A stretch of 57,256 nucleotides of DNA from a virus (IMGVR_UViG_3300025294_000007:1-57256), one strand, 5' to 3'. Shown: positions 8,725 to 17,246, counted from the stretch's first letter. A program made the numbers and translations. The notes: generated by a model not told the origin, from the letters alone.

Positions 8725-10005
8725 CTAATCACCTTCCTCTAAATGAGATTGCTTATTTGTAGGGAAAATAGTACTGATAACCTTATTATCATTTAGGTTT
8801 AAAAATACACCAATTTCAATATTCTTGTAAACACCAAATATTTGAAATCCATTAACAATTTTATTATTAGGATTGTTGGCTACATGTAAACCTGCTTTTT
8901 CAATATCATCTTTAGTCCAATTTTCAGGAAACCATGACTGTCCTACTCCAGTTTTCTTTGTCTTAGACTTATGTCTAGGAACGTTTCCTATGCGAACTCC
9001 GTTAGAGAAAATCTTTTCAATATTGTAATCAATATTATTTTCTTTTAAGAAACTAATATTATCTTGACCATGACCTCCACTTTTCATTTTAGAAATCTCT
9101 TGTGTGCGAGGTTCTATCGTAAAGTCTCCTAGATTAGCATGTTTAAGTGTTGATTCTGTTGGTTTCATCTCTGGTATATTAGATCGGCTATACTTCTCCG
9201 GATCACGCAATGGACTGATCAAATGTTTACAACGAGGATGAAATAGCTTTTTCCGTGGAATATCGCCGATGTAAGGATAATCTCCAGGTGCATTTTCTAC
9301 TAATTTTACAATTTTCCCCTCGTATTCACTGCAAGCGTCCTTAGCTCCATGACGACTAATTCGACCATAATAGGATTCTTCTGATAATGCTTCGTTAATA
9401 CTTGCTTCGCGATGCGCGTTCATCATATTTGTTCTGGCGACCACATCGGCATAGTTTTCAACTTTCCACCGATTACCCCTAGCGTCAATAATCGCAACGC
9501 CAGTAGCATTAATGATACGTTCCCGTATCTCTTTTGATATGTCAGAGGTGGCATTAATACCATTAGCAAGTTTAGCACGCATGGCTTCGACTGTTGCTTT
9601 TCTGATTGCCACCTTCGATTGTCGCTCCATATTTTGAGTTATCGCAAGTAAATCGGACTGTGTATTTGCTATAGCTGCGGCAATAAAGCGTCTATTTACC
9701 GTATTAAACTTTACAATTTTAAGGGCATCCTCATAAGACTTAGTAAGCTCTAAAGTATAAATAGTCGATGCGATACCTTCTGTTGCTGATTTAGTTAAGG
9801 CGACGGCAGACCATTCGTTTCCATATTTTTCAATGTCGGATAATATGTTACGGATAGACTTTTCAACGGCGATGATCTGCGCGCTCTCGAAATCCGTAAA
9901 AAATAAGTTGTTAAGTTCATTTTGAACGTCTTTTAATGCTTTTGTATAAGCTTTTTGTATCTTTTTAACGTCATAATCGTAATCTGGCTGAGGTACTTCA
10001 CGCAT
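8725..10005 (-). CDS. MuF/SPP1 gp7-like minor head protein fused to a C-terminal EndoU-like nuclease toxin domain, 426 aa
   Basis: The MuF core ends at ..KLFHPRCKHLISPL. The extra 150 aa or so carry SGGHGQDN..NGVRIGNVPRHKSKTKKTGVGQSWFPENWTKDDIEKAGLHVANNP, which matches the bacterial EndoU toxin pattern as I remember it. Confidence 0.7.
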   Translation of the reverse strand: MREVPQPDYDYDVKKIQKAYTKALKDVQNELNNLFFTDFESAQIIAVEKSIRNILSDIEKYGNEWSAVALTKSATEGIASTIYTLELTKSYEDALKIVKFNTVNRRFIAAAIANTQSDLLAITQNMERQSKVAIRKATVEAMRAKLANGINATSDISKEIRERIINATGVAIIDARGNRWKVENYADVVARTNMMNAHREASINEALSEESYYGRISRHGAKDACSEYEGKIVKLVENAPGDYPYIGDIPRKKLFHPRCKHLISPLRDPEKYSRSNIPEMKPTESTLKHANLGDFTIEPRTQEISKMKSGGHGQDNISFLKENNIDYNIEKIFSNGVRIGNVPRHKSKTKKTGVGQSWFPENWTKDDIEKAGLHVANNPNNKIVNGFQIFGVYKNIEIGVFLNLNDNKVISTIFPTNKQSHLEEGD

Positions 10006-11561
10006 CAGGCGTCAGTCCCTTCGACCGTTTCTGTATCAGGGTCATTAAAGATGGAAGCATCGACTGTACCAACTTCACGTTCTGTATCAGCTTTAATTCT
10101 TTCAATAATTTGTGCAGCTTGTAAGTCATCAAGCGAATCTAAGCGCTTAATAGCTGTAGCAACATCAATCGTTGGCTTGTTACCTGTACGGATTGCCATG
10201 ATTTCGGCTTGCTCTTTTTCTGAATGAGGTAATCCGTCTTGCCATTGTATTGTAGGATAAACGGCCTCGAAGTTAGCTTCACCATGCGCTATATCAAGCA
10301 ATTGGCAGTTATATAGTGCGTCTCGTAGAGCGCGGTCATAGTGCGTTCTAATACGAGCTACCTTCGTTAAGATTGGCATGAAACGAGCTTTAATCGCTGC
10401 TCCATCCGTATGTGACGTACCTGTTCCGCCTGCGTTTTGATCCCCGAGAACTGTACCGAATAGCCATTGTGGTGTTTCGGCGATTTGGAACGCCATTCCG
10501 ATTAACGTTTCGAGTTCTTTAAATGCACTATTTAACTGTCCATCCCATGTCATATAACCTGGCGTTTTATCTTCGGCAGTTAGAGGAATATATGCACCTG
10601 TTAAACGAGCTGAGCCTGTCGTTCCTAATTCTGGACCGTATGCTGTTGGATCACTATGTTTCCAGAGAATATAATCTAGCTGTACTAAACGGTCATTAAT
10701 CGCAATTAAGATGGATTCTAGAGCCTCCAGCGTACCTTTCCCTTCCCACTGATCGTCCGTTGATTTATATGGGATGTGATGGACTAGTAAATGCGGAACT
10801 CCAGTTTCAGTTGTTGTTGTTTCTCCAACTTTCTCGACGATTTTAAACAACTGTACTGGATAACCATAGCTAGTATCTATTCCGCCTTCATATGACTGTA
10901 ACTTATATCGCTCATTTATGATGTATCCAGGTAAATGACGCTCTACATTTAAAAACGGAATATCCTCTTTTGCAGTAACTACCCACTCAACTGACGCAAT
11001 TACAACAGACTTGAAGCTCTTAACGTTCCCTGCACTTGTTTGCGGGAAAACACAGTCTGCTGCGACATGCTCAATAATTGGCTCCATTTCTGCGTCAATT
11101 GGTAGTTCTAAACCCATTTCAGTCAAAACGCTATAGTCTTGACGGTAGTCATAGCGTACCTTGAACCAAGAATCTCCACGATAGCCATTTGCTAAGGCTG
11201 ATTCATGAATTAGCTTCACTAAGTCGTTTTCCTCTACGTATGAATTAATAGCCGTTTGTTGCGGTGAGTCATCAGCTAAACCACTATCAAAGATCGGAGG
11301 TTCTCCGACTAGTAAATCAGGAGGCTTGGTTACAATTATGTCTGCAATATTGGCTGCGATATATAACTTTTCTAACTGTGGTGCGTGCGGCGTATCACGT
11401 AATAAAGCCGTAGCACGTTCGTAAATTTCCGCTTGTTTCCCATCATATAACTTTTTCATTCGACGATATTTTGCGATACGCTCAATTGCGTTAGCAGGTG
11501 GAAATTGCTCTCCTGGCTTGAATGTATCGACATTGTATGTGACGCTTCCAGTTTCGTTCAT
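10005..11561 (-). CDS. Portal protein, 518 aa
   Basis: Size and position between the terminase and MuF genes. Confidence 0.8.
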   Translation of the reverse strand: MNETGSVTYNVDTFKPGEQFPPANAIERIAKYRRMKKLYDGKQAEIYERATALLRDTPHAPQLEKLYIAANIADIIVTKPPDLLVGEPPIFDSGLADDSPQQTAINSYVEENDLVKLIHESALANGYRGDSWFKVRYDYRQDYSVLTEMGLELPIDAEMEPIIEHVAADCVFPQTSAGNVKSFKSVVIASVEWVVTAKEDIPFLNVERHLPGYIINERYKLQSYEGGIDTSYGYPVQLFKIVEKVGETTTTETGVPHLLVHHIPYKSTDDQWEGKGTLEALESILIAINDRLVQLDYILWKHSDPTAYGPELGTTGSARLTGAYIPLTAEDKTPGYMTWDGQLNSAFKELETLIGMAFQIAETPQWLFGTVLGDQNAGGTGTSHTDGAAIKARFMPILTKVARIRTHYDRALRDALYNCQLLDIAHGEANFEAVYPTIQWQDGLPHSEKEQAEIMAIRTGNKPTIDVATAIKRLDSLDDLQAAQIIERIKADTEREVGTVDASIFNDPDTETVEGTDA

Positions 11562-11624
11562 ATCTGCGTCACTCTTTCTGAATAATTTAATTGTGCTCTC
11601 CTCCTTTGTATTAGATTTGCCAAC

Positions 11625-11655
11625 ATAAAAAGCACCATCATTCTGACGGTGCTTT
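11625..11655 (-). terminator. Intrinsic terminator overlapping the 3' end of the HNH gene
   Basis: Minus-strand AGCACC-gtcagaatgat-GGTGCT followed by TTTTTAT. Confidence 0.6.
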
Positions 11656-12729
11656 CAATATTCCTAGCGATTCTGCTGAATGTCGTATGTCTCTTGCTAA
11701 CACTTTGTGGCGTCGACTATTAAACTTTTTAGCTATATTTGCTGGACAGTCGCGCTTTAGTTCGTTCTCTAACCACTCTTTATGCTCGTACGCAAAAGTG
11801 AGGGAATCGTTTTGTATTACCTCTATAACTTTGTATGGACGAATTTTTAAATCTGTTGCAATTTCGCTGACTGACTTCTTGTAATGATTATCGTGAATAT
11901 ATTGACGTCTTCTTTTCTCTGCAATTTCAAACGGTATTACCTTAAAATCTTCGTCGATATGCTGCTTATCGTGACATGTCTCGCATAAAGTGATTAAATT
12001 ACTCAAATCCGTCAATCTTGCGTCATTTTCGCAAATATCAACGAAAGAAAATCTGTCTTGTTCGTCCAACAAGTTAATGTGCTTGTTTTCGGATAATATG
12101 TCATGGATAATGTCAGAAAACCTACGTATATGATGTGCGTGCATTTCTCCACCTTTGACACCACAGGATTGGCAAGTAAACTCATCAACAATTAGCCTCT
12201 CTTTAGATACCCAAGATAGTCTGTTGCGAATAAGACCCGTGACTGTTGTAACCCCGCCTTTCCATAGCGGATGATTCTCTTTCGAACTCCCGTATTTTAC
12301 TTTACGCTCGTCGTGCGTAAATGATGGATCGTTTCGTAGTCGTTTTGGTATTCCGTAAATATCTAGCCTTTTACAAATTAATTTATTAGAACAGCCAAAT
12401 TGCTTAGCTACTTCGCGTGTACTCATGCGCTTTATTACGTATAGGTCGTGAAGGACTTCTTTTGTTATGTTCTCGTATGCGTTGAATGTCCGTCTGCTGA
12501 TACTAGCTTCTTTTAACCTTCGTAATACTACACTTTTATTGACGCCTAAAATTCCGGCAATTTCTATAGATGACTTTCCTTCGAGGTATAATTTAGAAAC
12601 TACCTCTTTTGTAATATCCTCTCGTCGATTGTGCGCTACTCTTACCATACTAATCACCTCTCGATGTGATTTCTCGGTATTAAATAAGGCGGAAACACAC
12701 CGAGATATGCACTTGTCGATTCGGCTCAT
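11638..12729 (-). CDS. HNH endonuclease with tandem N-terminal HTH modules (homing-endonuclease-like); the likely true start is ATG 12648 behind AGAGGTGA
   Basis: HNH core ..GGEMHAHHIRRFSDIIHD...NLITLCETCHDKQH. There are two sigma-region-4-like HTH repeats (SIEIAGILGVNKSVVLRRL and STREVAKQFGCSNKLICKRL). Confidence 0.8.
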   Translation of the reverse strand: MSRIDKCISRCVSALFNTEKSHREVISMVRVAHNRREDITKEVVSKLYLEGKSSIEIAGILGVNKSVVLRRLKEASISRRTFNAYENITKEVLHDLYVIKRMSTREVAKQFGCSNKLICKRLDIYGIPKRLRNDPSFTHDERKVKYGSSKENHPLWKGGVTTVTGLIRNRLSWVSKERLIVDEFTCQSCGVKGGEMHAHHIRRFSDIIHDILSENKHINLLDEQDRFSFVDICENDARLTDLSNLITLCETCHDKQHIDEDFKVIPFEIAEKRRRQYIHDNHYKKSVSEIATDLKIRPYKVIEVIQNDSLTFAYEHKEWLENELKRDCPANIAKKFNSRRHKVLARDIRHSAESLGILKAPSE

Positions 12730-12798
12730 GACTTCCGTTTCTATCCGCCTAAGTATTATATCTGTTAAAGTTTGCGTTAATTTAGCGTTTATAAAAAA

Positions 12799-14511
12799 TT
12801 ATAACCACGCTGGTTTTTCTTGTAATTGTATTTTCTTTGTACCCTGCGCCAACTGAAACGCCATTGCGAGGGCATCCGGTCCATCATCATGTCTAGCGTT
12901 TGGGTAAACTTCCAGTTGTTCGATTAATAAACGATGCTTCTTGCTGAATCGGATTTTCCCATTCTGTATGTCAGGCAACAGCGCTTCAATACGTAAAGAC
13001 TTTCGCATACGTTGCTTAACCTCTTTGACACGAGTGATTCCTGGGTAGCCGTAGCGTTGTAGTTCGTCTTTTACTTTATGTGCGAACCATTCTTGCGCCA
13101 TCTGCGCCTCGACTGCTATTCCTACGTATTGGTACTGTAGCGCTTTTTTTACGACTGTATTTAGTAGTATATCCGGATGAACACGTTCGATAAATGTATC
13201 GACTACGTAGCAAGTACCTGTTTCGCGGTTTCTAGCGAGTGTTACAATAGCGGAGTAGTCACCTTTTTCTTTCCCCATCGCAAAATCCACCGCTGCGTAA
13301 TAATCGACTTTCATCCCATCTAATTCAGAGTCGTAGAAGTACGTAAATTCCTCCGGTTTAAAAATCTGCGAATCGGGATCAGTAGGATTTCCAAGATACT
13401 CTTGGTTGAACGCTCTCCCACCCATTGATTCACGTTTTTCCATAAAGTATTTATATGAGTACATCTGTGGCCATAACGTTTTAGTTCCGCGTAGCATCTC
13501 TTTTTCATTTTCCACGTAAAAAGCGTTGGCTTTTTCGTTGGAAGCTACATCGTCGCTATTATAAATCTCACGCCACTGATCCCATAAATCTTCGCGCTCT
13601 GTCCACGCTAAAATCGCAGGAAACTTACGGCTAATAAAGTCTTTTCGTTGTGTGATGACGTGATTAAGTAAGGAGTCTGGACCTAAAATCGTACCCATGT
13701 AAATACAGATACCACCGAACCCTAACGCCTCCATCATTTCTGACCGGAACCAGTGTAAGTTTTTCGTACGAAGTTCAGGCGTATTTGTATTTGCGTTACT
13801 TTCAAGGTCATCTAGCAAGAAAAGTCCTGGGCGATTACTAAGGTGGCGGAGTCCCCTCATTTGCGTACCCATACCCTTCGCCTCGACCTTTGTACCACTA
13901 GTCGTAATAAATTCTAACTTGTTATCTACCTCGTTAGCTTGCGATTTTTGGTATAATAGTTCGCCAAAATCAGCACGTAGGCGTTCGTTAAATTTTAGAT
14001 TCTGCGCAGTAAACTTTATGAAATCTGCTGCTACGTCAGTAGTCTCGGAAACTTCGATTATATATTTTTGTTTACGATACACAACTTGATGGCATAAGAA
14101 CGCGTTAGATAGGTACGCAGTCTTTGCATGGCGTCGTCCTACCGACCATGCTACGTTTGATTCCGACTTTCCTTTTGCTATATCGTCTAATAGCCCACAT
14201 AACTCACGGTGGAAATCAGCCGCATCTGAGAAGTGCTGTCCTTTCGGAATTAGATTTACTTCATTATCTGGATTAACTTCGTCTGAAAAGTATTCGTATA
14301 CGAAATATAATAAGTCACTTTCGCATCGATGGATACGTTCTAGTCGTTCCAGCTCCGTTAATCTTTCGTGGTAATCATCGATAAGACCAGCGCTAATAAT
14401 GTCGTCAATATCGGCATACTTTGTGTCTATAGTTTCGATGTATTCGCGATACACTGCGATTAGTGCTTCACGTTTATTTCTTTCGAGCCATTCTCCGTCT
14501 ACCCACGCCAT
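12799..14511 (-). CDS. Terminase large subunit, 570 aa (start moved to ATG 14511 behind GGGAGG)
   Basis: Walker-A-like VGRRHAKT, then an acidic LLDDLE motif and a nuclease-like C-terminal half. The ORF-track start at 14640 lacks an SD. Confidence 0.85.
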   Translation of the reverse strand: MAWVDGEWLERNKREALIAVYREYIETIDTKYADIDDIISAGLIDDYHERLTELERLERIHRCESDLLYFVYEYFSDEVNPDNEVNLIPKGQHFSDAADFHRELCGLLDDIAKGKSESNVAWSVGRRHAKTAYLSNAFLCHQVVYRKQKYIIEVSETTDVAADFIKFTAQNLKFNERLRADFGELLYQKSQANEVDNKLEFITTSGTKVEAKGMGTQMRGLRHLSNRPGLFLLDDLESNANTNTPELRTKNLHWFRSEMMEALGFGGICIYMGTILGPDSLLNHVITQRKDFISRKFPAILAWTEREDLWDQWREIYNSDDVASNEKANAFYVENEKEMLRGTKTLWPQMYSYKYFMEKRESMGGRAFNQEYLGNPTDPDSQIFKPEEFTYFYDSELDGMKVDYYAAVDFAMGKEKGDYSAIVTLARNRETGTCYVVDTFIERVHPDILLNTVVKKALQYQYVGIAVEAQMAQEWFAHKVKDELQRYGYPGITRVKEVKQRMRKSLRIEALLPDIQNGKIRFSKKHRLLIEQLEVYPNARHDDGPDALAMAFQLAQGTKKIQLQEKPAWL

Positions 14512-15154
14512 ATTAGCGCCTCCCTTCGTATTTAACCTCTTATTACGTCGATTTAGCGTTTCTTCGTCGTTCTTTATAAAGTATTGTCTCATTGCGTAAA
14601 ACAGCGTACAGGCTATGCTAGATAGGGGAAATGTTGTCACGTCACGTTACCTTTCCGCAAGGTCAAAGCGAAATTTTGGTACGCCGATTTATTTGCTACC
14701 AGAAAAGCCGACTCAGAAATAGGTGGCTTGGGGGATTTTCTTTTTATTTAACGTTATTTCAACGCATTGAATATCGATTGAATAAATATTCGTTTTCAGC
14801 TTCCTATAACCTTAATTATGTAAACTTGATTAATCTTCAAGCCTTAGTATATCAACGTTCTTTAAGTACGCGTAAAATAAGCGTATGCAGTTTCTTATAC
14901 ATACGCCTTAAACTCGCTATTTACGTACACTTACGTTTAGTAATCGAACAAATATTTCATCAGCACTTGCATAAATTACTGTATATTGTTATGCCTTTTA
15001 TTTCGCCCATTTACACTTTATACGCCAAAGTGTTCTAGGTGTACGCCCATTTCCGCCCTCTGCCCGACAAACCTACGTCAAATGGGAAGTTTAGTGCGGT
15101 ACATTTACGTAATAATATGGAGTTTCTTCCTATATAAACACTGTGAAGGATTCG

Positions 15155-15535
15155 TCACTTCCCACGTATGCGCTCTATGTCTGCTTTCATAGCCTCTATC
15201 GAAGTACTGTCATTCTTTGTCTCTACTTCTACCTTTTCTGTTAACATTCCAAATGATTGTAACAACGTTCTAAACATCGCCGCATTTCCGTCTTTAATAA
15301 TATGGTCGGGAATAGACTCCATAATTTCAGGCAATCTATCGATTGTATCTCGCATAATCTGACGCTTTAGTTCGTCATTAAATGCGTCATCCTTTCGCCA
15401 CTCTTGTAGTTGTCTACGAGAAATGCCGACTTCATCCGCGACTTGTTCGTAAGTAAGTCCGCCACGTTTCGGTTGTGATAATATCGCAATAGCTGAGTAT
15501 TGCTTATCGTTTAGATTTGGCATTATCTTATACAT
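15155..15535 (-). CDS. phBC6A51-type HTH protein / putative small terminase subunit, 126 aa
   Basis: N-terminal LTYEQVADEVGISRRQLQEWRKD HTH. It lies upstream of terL but is separated from it by about 640 nt of non-coding DNA. Confidence 0.55.
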   Translation of the reverse strand: MYKIMPNLNDKQYSAIAILSQPKRGGLTYEQVADEVGISRRQLQEWRKDDAFNDELKRQIMRDTIDRLPEIMESIPDHIIKDGNAAMFRTLLQSFGMLTEKVEVETKNDSTSIEAMKADIERIRGK

Positions 15536-15586
15536 CCTTTCTTTTTATTTTTACGTCATTTTAACGTTATTTTTTACAAATATTCG

Positions 15587-15615
15587 TTGACGTTATATTT
15601 AATTCATAGTATAAT
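15587..15615 (+). promoter_or_regulatory. Sigma-A consensus promoter of cassette A (TTGACG-17-TATAAT)
   Basis: -35 at 15587..15592 and -10 at 15610..15615. The leader AGTATAGAAAAGGAGGTGAA is nearly identical to the cassette B leader. Confidence 0.75.
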
Positions 15616-15642
15616 AAGAGTATAGAAAAGGAGGTGAACAAA

Positions 15643-15801
15643 GTGGATTACGAAACTATACTAAAACACACAGCTACAATTGTTGGTATCTTAGGTGGAC
15701 TTTCTTCATTTGCTCTCAACATACAGCAACTAAAGAATAACAAGCGTAAGAAGAACAACAAAAAGCGACGTCAGCCGACCAAGCCTAAACGTCGCAAGTA
15801 G
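15643..15801 (+). CDS. Small TM + poly-Lys/Arg peptide, 52 aa, Hol-Tox/TxpA-like (below the ORF-track cutoff)
   Basis: GTG start 7 nt after AAAGGAGGTG. Sequence: VDYETILKHTATIVGILGGLSSFALNIQQLKNNKRKKNNKKRRQPTKPKRRK. Confidence 0.6.
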   Translation: MDYETILKHTATIVGILGGLSSFALNIQQLKNNKRKKNNKKRRQPTKPKRRK

Positions 15802-15832
15802 TGATATGAAGGAGGTGAAAACCTCCTTTATA
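15757..15832 (-). ncRNA. Predicted ~75-nt antisense RNA to the 3' end of the 52-aa peptide gene
   Basis: Minus-strand promoter TTGCAT-17-TAGAAT (15867..15839). Then a hairpin with a GAAA loop on the plus strand (15809..15828), and the stem GCGACGT/ACGTCGC (15795..15763) followed by U5. Confidence 0.4.
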
Positions 15833-15861
15833 CTTAGTATTCTATCGTAACCACTAACGAA

Positions 15862-16059
15862 ATGCAAACGACGCTCAAACGAATATTTAACATTACTATC
15901 ATCATAGCACTTACCATTTTAATACCACGGACAACGGACTTTAATAATCTAACGACGTCAGACTATGTTTTCTTAGCACTGTACGTCTTAATTGTGATTC
16001 TTTTCATAGTTAACACCATACTAGAAGTAATTAATAAACGAGGTGATAACAATGACTAA
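15862..16059 (+). CDS. Two-TM small membrane protein, 65 aa
   Basis: Two hydrophobic helices. No obvious SD. Confidence 0.45.
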   Translation: MQTTLKRIFNITIIIALTILIPRTTDFNNLTTSDYVFLALYVLIVILFIVNTILEVINKRGDNND

Positions 16060-16252
16060 AAAATCACCTGACGCAGATAGTCCGTTATTTAAAATAATGG
16101 ATACCGCAGAAGCATCCGAATTATGGGGACTGACTCAACAGCATATTAAATTGCTATGTACGAAAGGAGAAGTCATTTGCCGTAAGATTGGTCGAGTATG
16201 GTTGCTTGAAAAAGACCAACCAAATCCGAGAAAGTATGAATCTCATATATAA
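16052..16252 (+). CDS. Small HTH DNA-binding protein (excisionase/MerR-like fold), 66 aa
   Basis: ATG 16052 follows GAGGTGA. HTH: AEASELWGLTQQHIKLLCTKGEVICRKIGRVWLL. Confidence 0.6.
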   Translation: MTKKSPDADSPLFKIMDTAEASELWGLTQQHIKLLCTKGEVICRKIGRVWLLEKDQPNPRKYESHI

Positions 16253-16267
16253 GTTCGACTGATTATT

Positions 16268-16301
16268 GACACCTTAATATTATTGTTAGGGTGTCTTTTT
16301 T
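16268..16301 (+). terminator. Intrinsic terminator of cassette A
   Basis: GACACC-15 nt-GGTGTC followed by T6. Confidence 0.7.
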
Positions 16302-16336
16302 ACTTTAGTTTCACCACTAATTACACCACTAATAGC

Positions 16337-16552
16337 GCACAGTAAATATTACTGTGCGGTGTATTTCTTTATCGTATTCTTTAAAGGAATTACGATAAAA
16401 TATATTATTATTGATAGCTACGATTATTTGCGTTAGCAAATGAGCGTAAATGTAATTATTTATAGTAAATATTTATAGTAAATATTTATACGCAGTAAAA
16501 ACTACTGTACCTTACAGTAAATTCTACTGTGTCGTACAGTAAAAACTACTGT
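16337..16552. repeat. Array of four 17-bp palindromes ACAGTA-N5-TACTGT plus tandem TATTTATAGTAAA repeats (candidate origin or operator array)
   Basis: Sites at 16339..16355, 16492..16508, 16514..16530 and 16536..16552. The last three are spaced 22 bp apart. Tandem 14-nt repeats lie at 16458..16490. The region is an AT-rich convergent intergenic gap. Confidence 0.8.
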
Positions 16553-16562
16553 ATGCTATCTG

Positions 16563-17036
16563 TCATAACCATTCTGAAACAGCGTCTCCATCACTTTTTG
16601 CTACTGTCTGAGCCTCTTGATACGCTTCTTTATCGACTGACTTTCGTCTAGCTACTTTATCAGCCGTTTCTTGTTTCGCTTCCCACATCTCTTTTGCTTC
16701 TGGAAACTTAACGAAAAACTCTTTCACATCTTCTATCGGTTCGTGTACATAATACACATTGTTGTGAAACGTCGCTCCTTTATGTTTACAGACTGTCACT
16801 AAACCGCAAGCGACAAGCGTCTTTACCGCATTATTAAAGGTTTTATCGCTAATCCCTAAATCTCGCATAACTTGCGTATTAGTCGGAAATGCATATCCAT
16901 AATCAGAGTTATTTAATTTTGTAAGATACCCGTAAACTTGTATTGAAGTACCGTTATACTTTGGATAAAAGTTATAGTGGGTAAATATCGCGTTAGAAAT
17001 CTGTACGAATCCACGTTTTGTTTGATTTATCGTCAT
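16563..17036 (-). CDS. wHTH replication-initiator/DnaD-N-like protein, 157 aa
   Basis: Pattern GFVQISNAIF...YGYAFPTNTQVMRDLGISDKTFNNAVKTLVACGLV. It is adjacent to the iteron array. Confidence 0.5.
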   Translation of the reverse strand: MTINQTKRGFVQISNAIFTHYNFYPKYNGTSIQVYGYLTKLNNSDYGYAFPTNTQVMRDLGISDKTFNNAVKTLVACGLVTVCKHKGATFHNNVYYVHEPIEDVKEFFVKFPEAKEMWEAKQETADKVARRKSVDKEAYQEAQTVAKSDGDAVSEWL

Positions 17037-17060
17037 TCTACTTAACCTCCTAGCACCGCC

Positions 17061-17246
17061 TTACTTAGCGGGCTTATTCTCCGCATATGACATAAGAGCA
17101 GTACTTAGTTCTGGCGTGCGTTCATACTGCCAAAACTGACGCATAGTGGATTCGTTAAGTCCTGTACAAATGTAACGGAATCCTAACGCTTTCAAGTGAC
17201 GATATAAATTCGGTGAGTATGCATAATAAAAACTATTGTTTGTCAT
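17061..17246 (-). CDS. Small conserved phage protein, 61 aa (start at ATG 17246 behind GGGAGG)
   Basis: SD-supported start. MTNNSFYYAYSPNLYRHLKALGFRYI resembles small Firmicute phage proteins. Confidence 0.5.
   Translation of the reverse strand: MTNNSFYYAYSPNLYRHLKALGFRYICTGLNESTMRQFWQYERTPELSTALMSYAENKPAK

Noticed and set aside
14631-15038. 135-aa plus-strand ORF in the gap between terS-like and terL.
   Set aside because: It has no SD and implausible low-complexity composition, and it is on the opposite strand to every neighbouring gene. The region is better explained as non-coding packaging or regulatory DNA.
16458-16552. Short regularly spaced repeats that could look like a CRISPR array.
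   Set aside because: The units are 13-17 bp palindromes or half-sites with 5-bp gaps, not repeats of 28-37 bp separated by unique spacers. There are no cas genes.
16337-16552. ACAGTA...TACTGT sites as LexA/SOS boxes.
   Set aside because: They contain the CTGT/ACAG words of the E. coli SOS box, but in the inverted arrangement and with N5 spacing. The Bacillus Cheo box (GAAC-N4-GTTC) is not present. I kept them as iterons or operators of unknown specificity.
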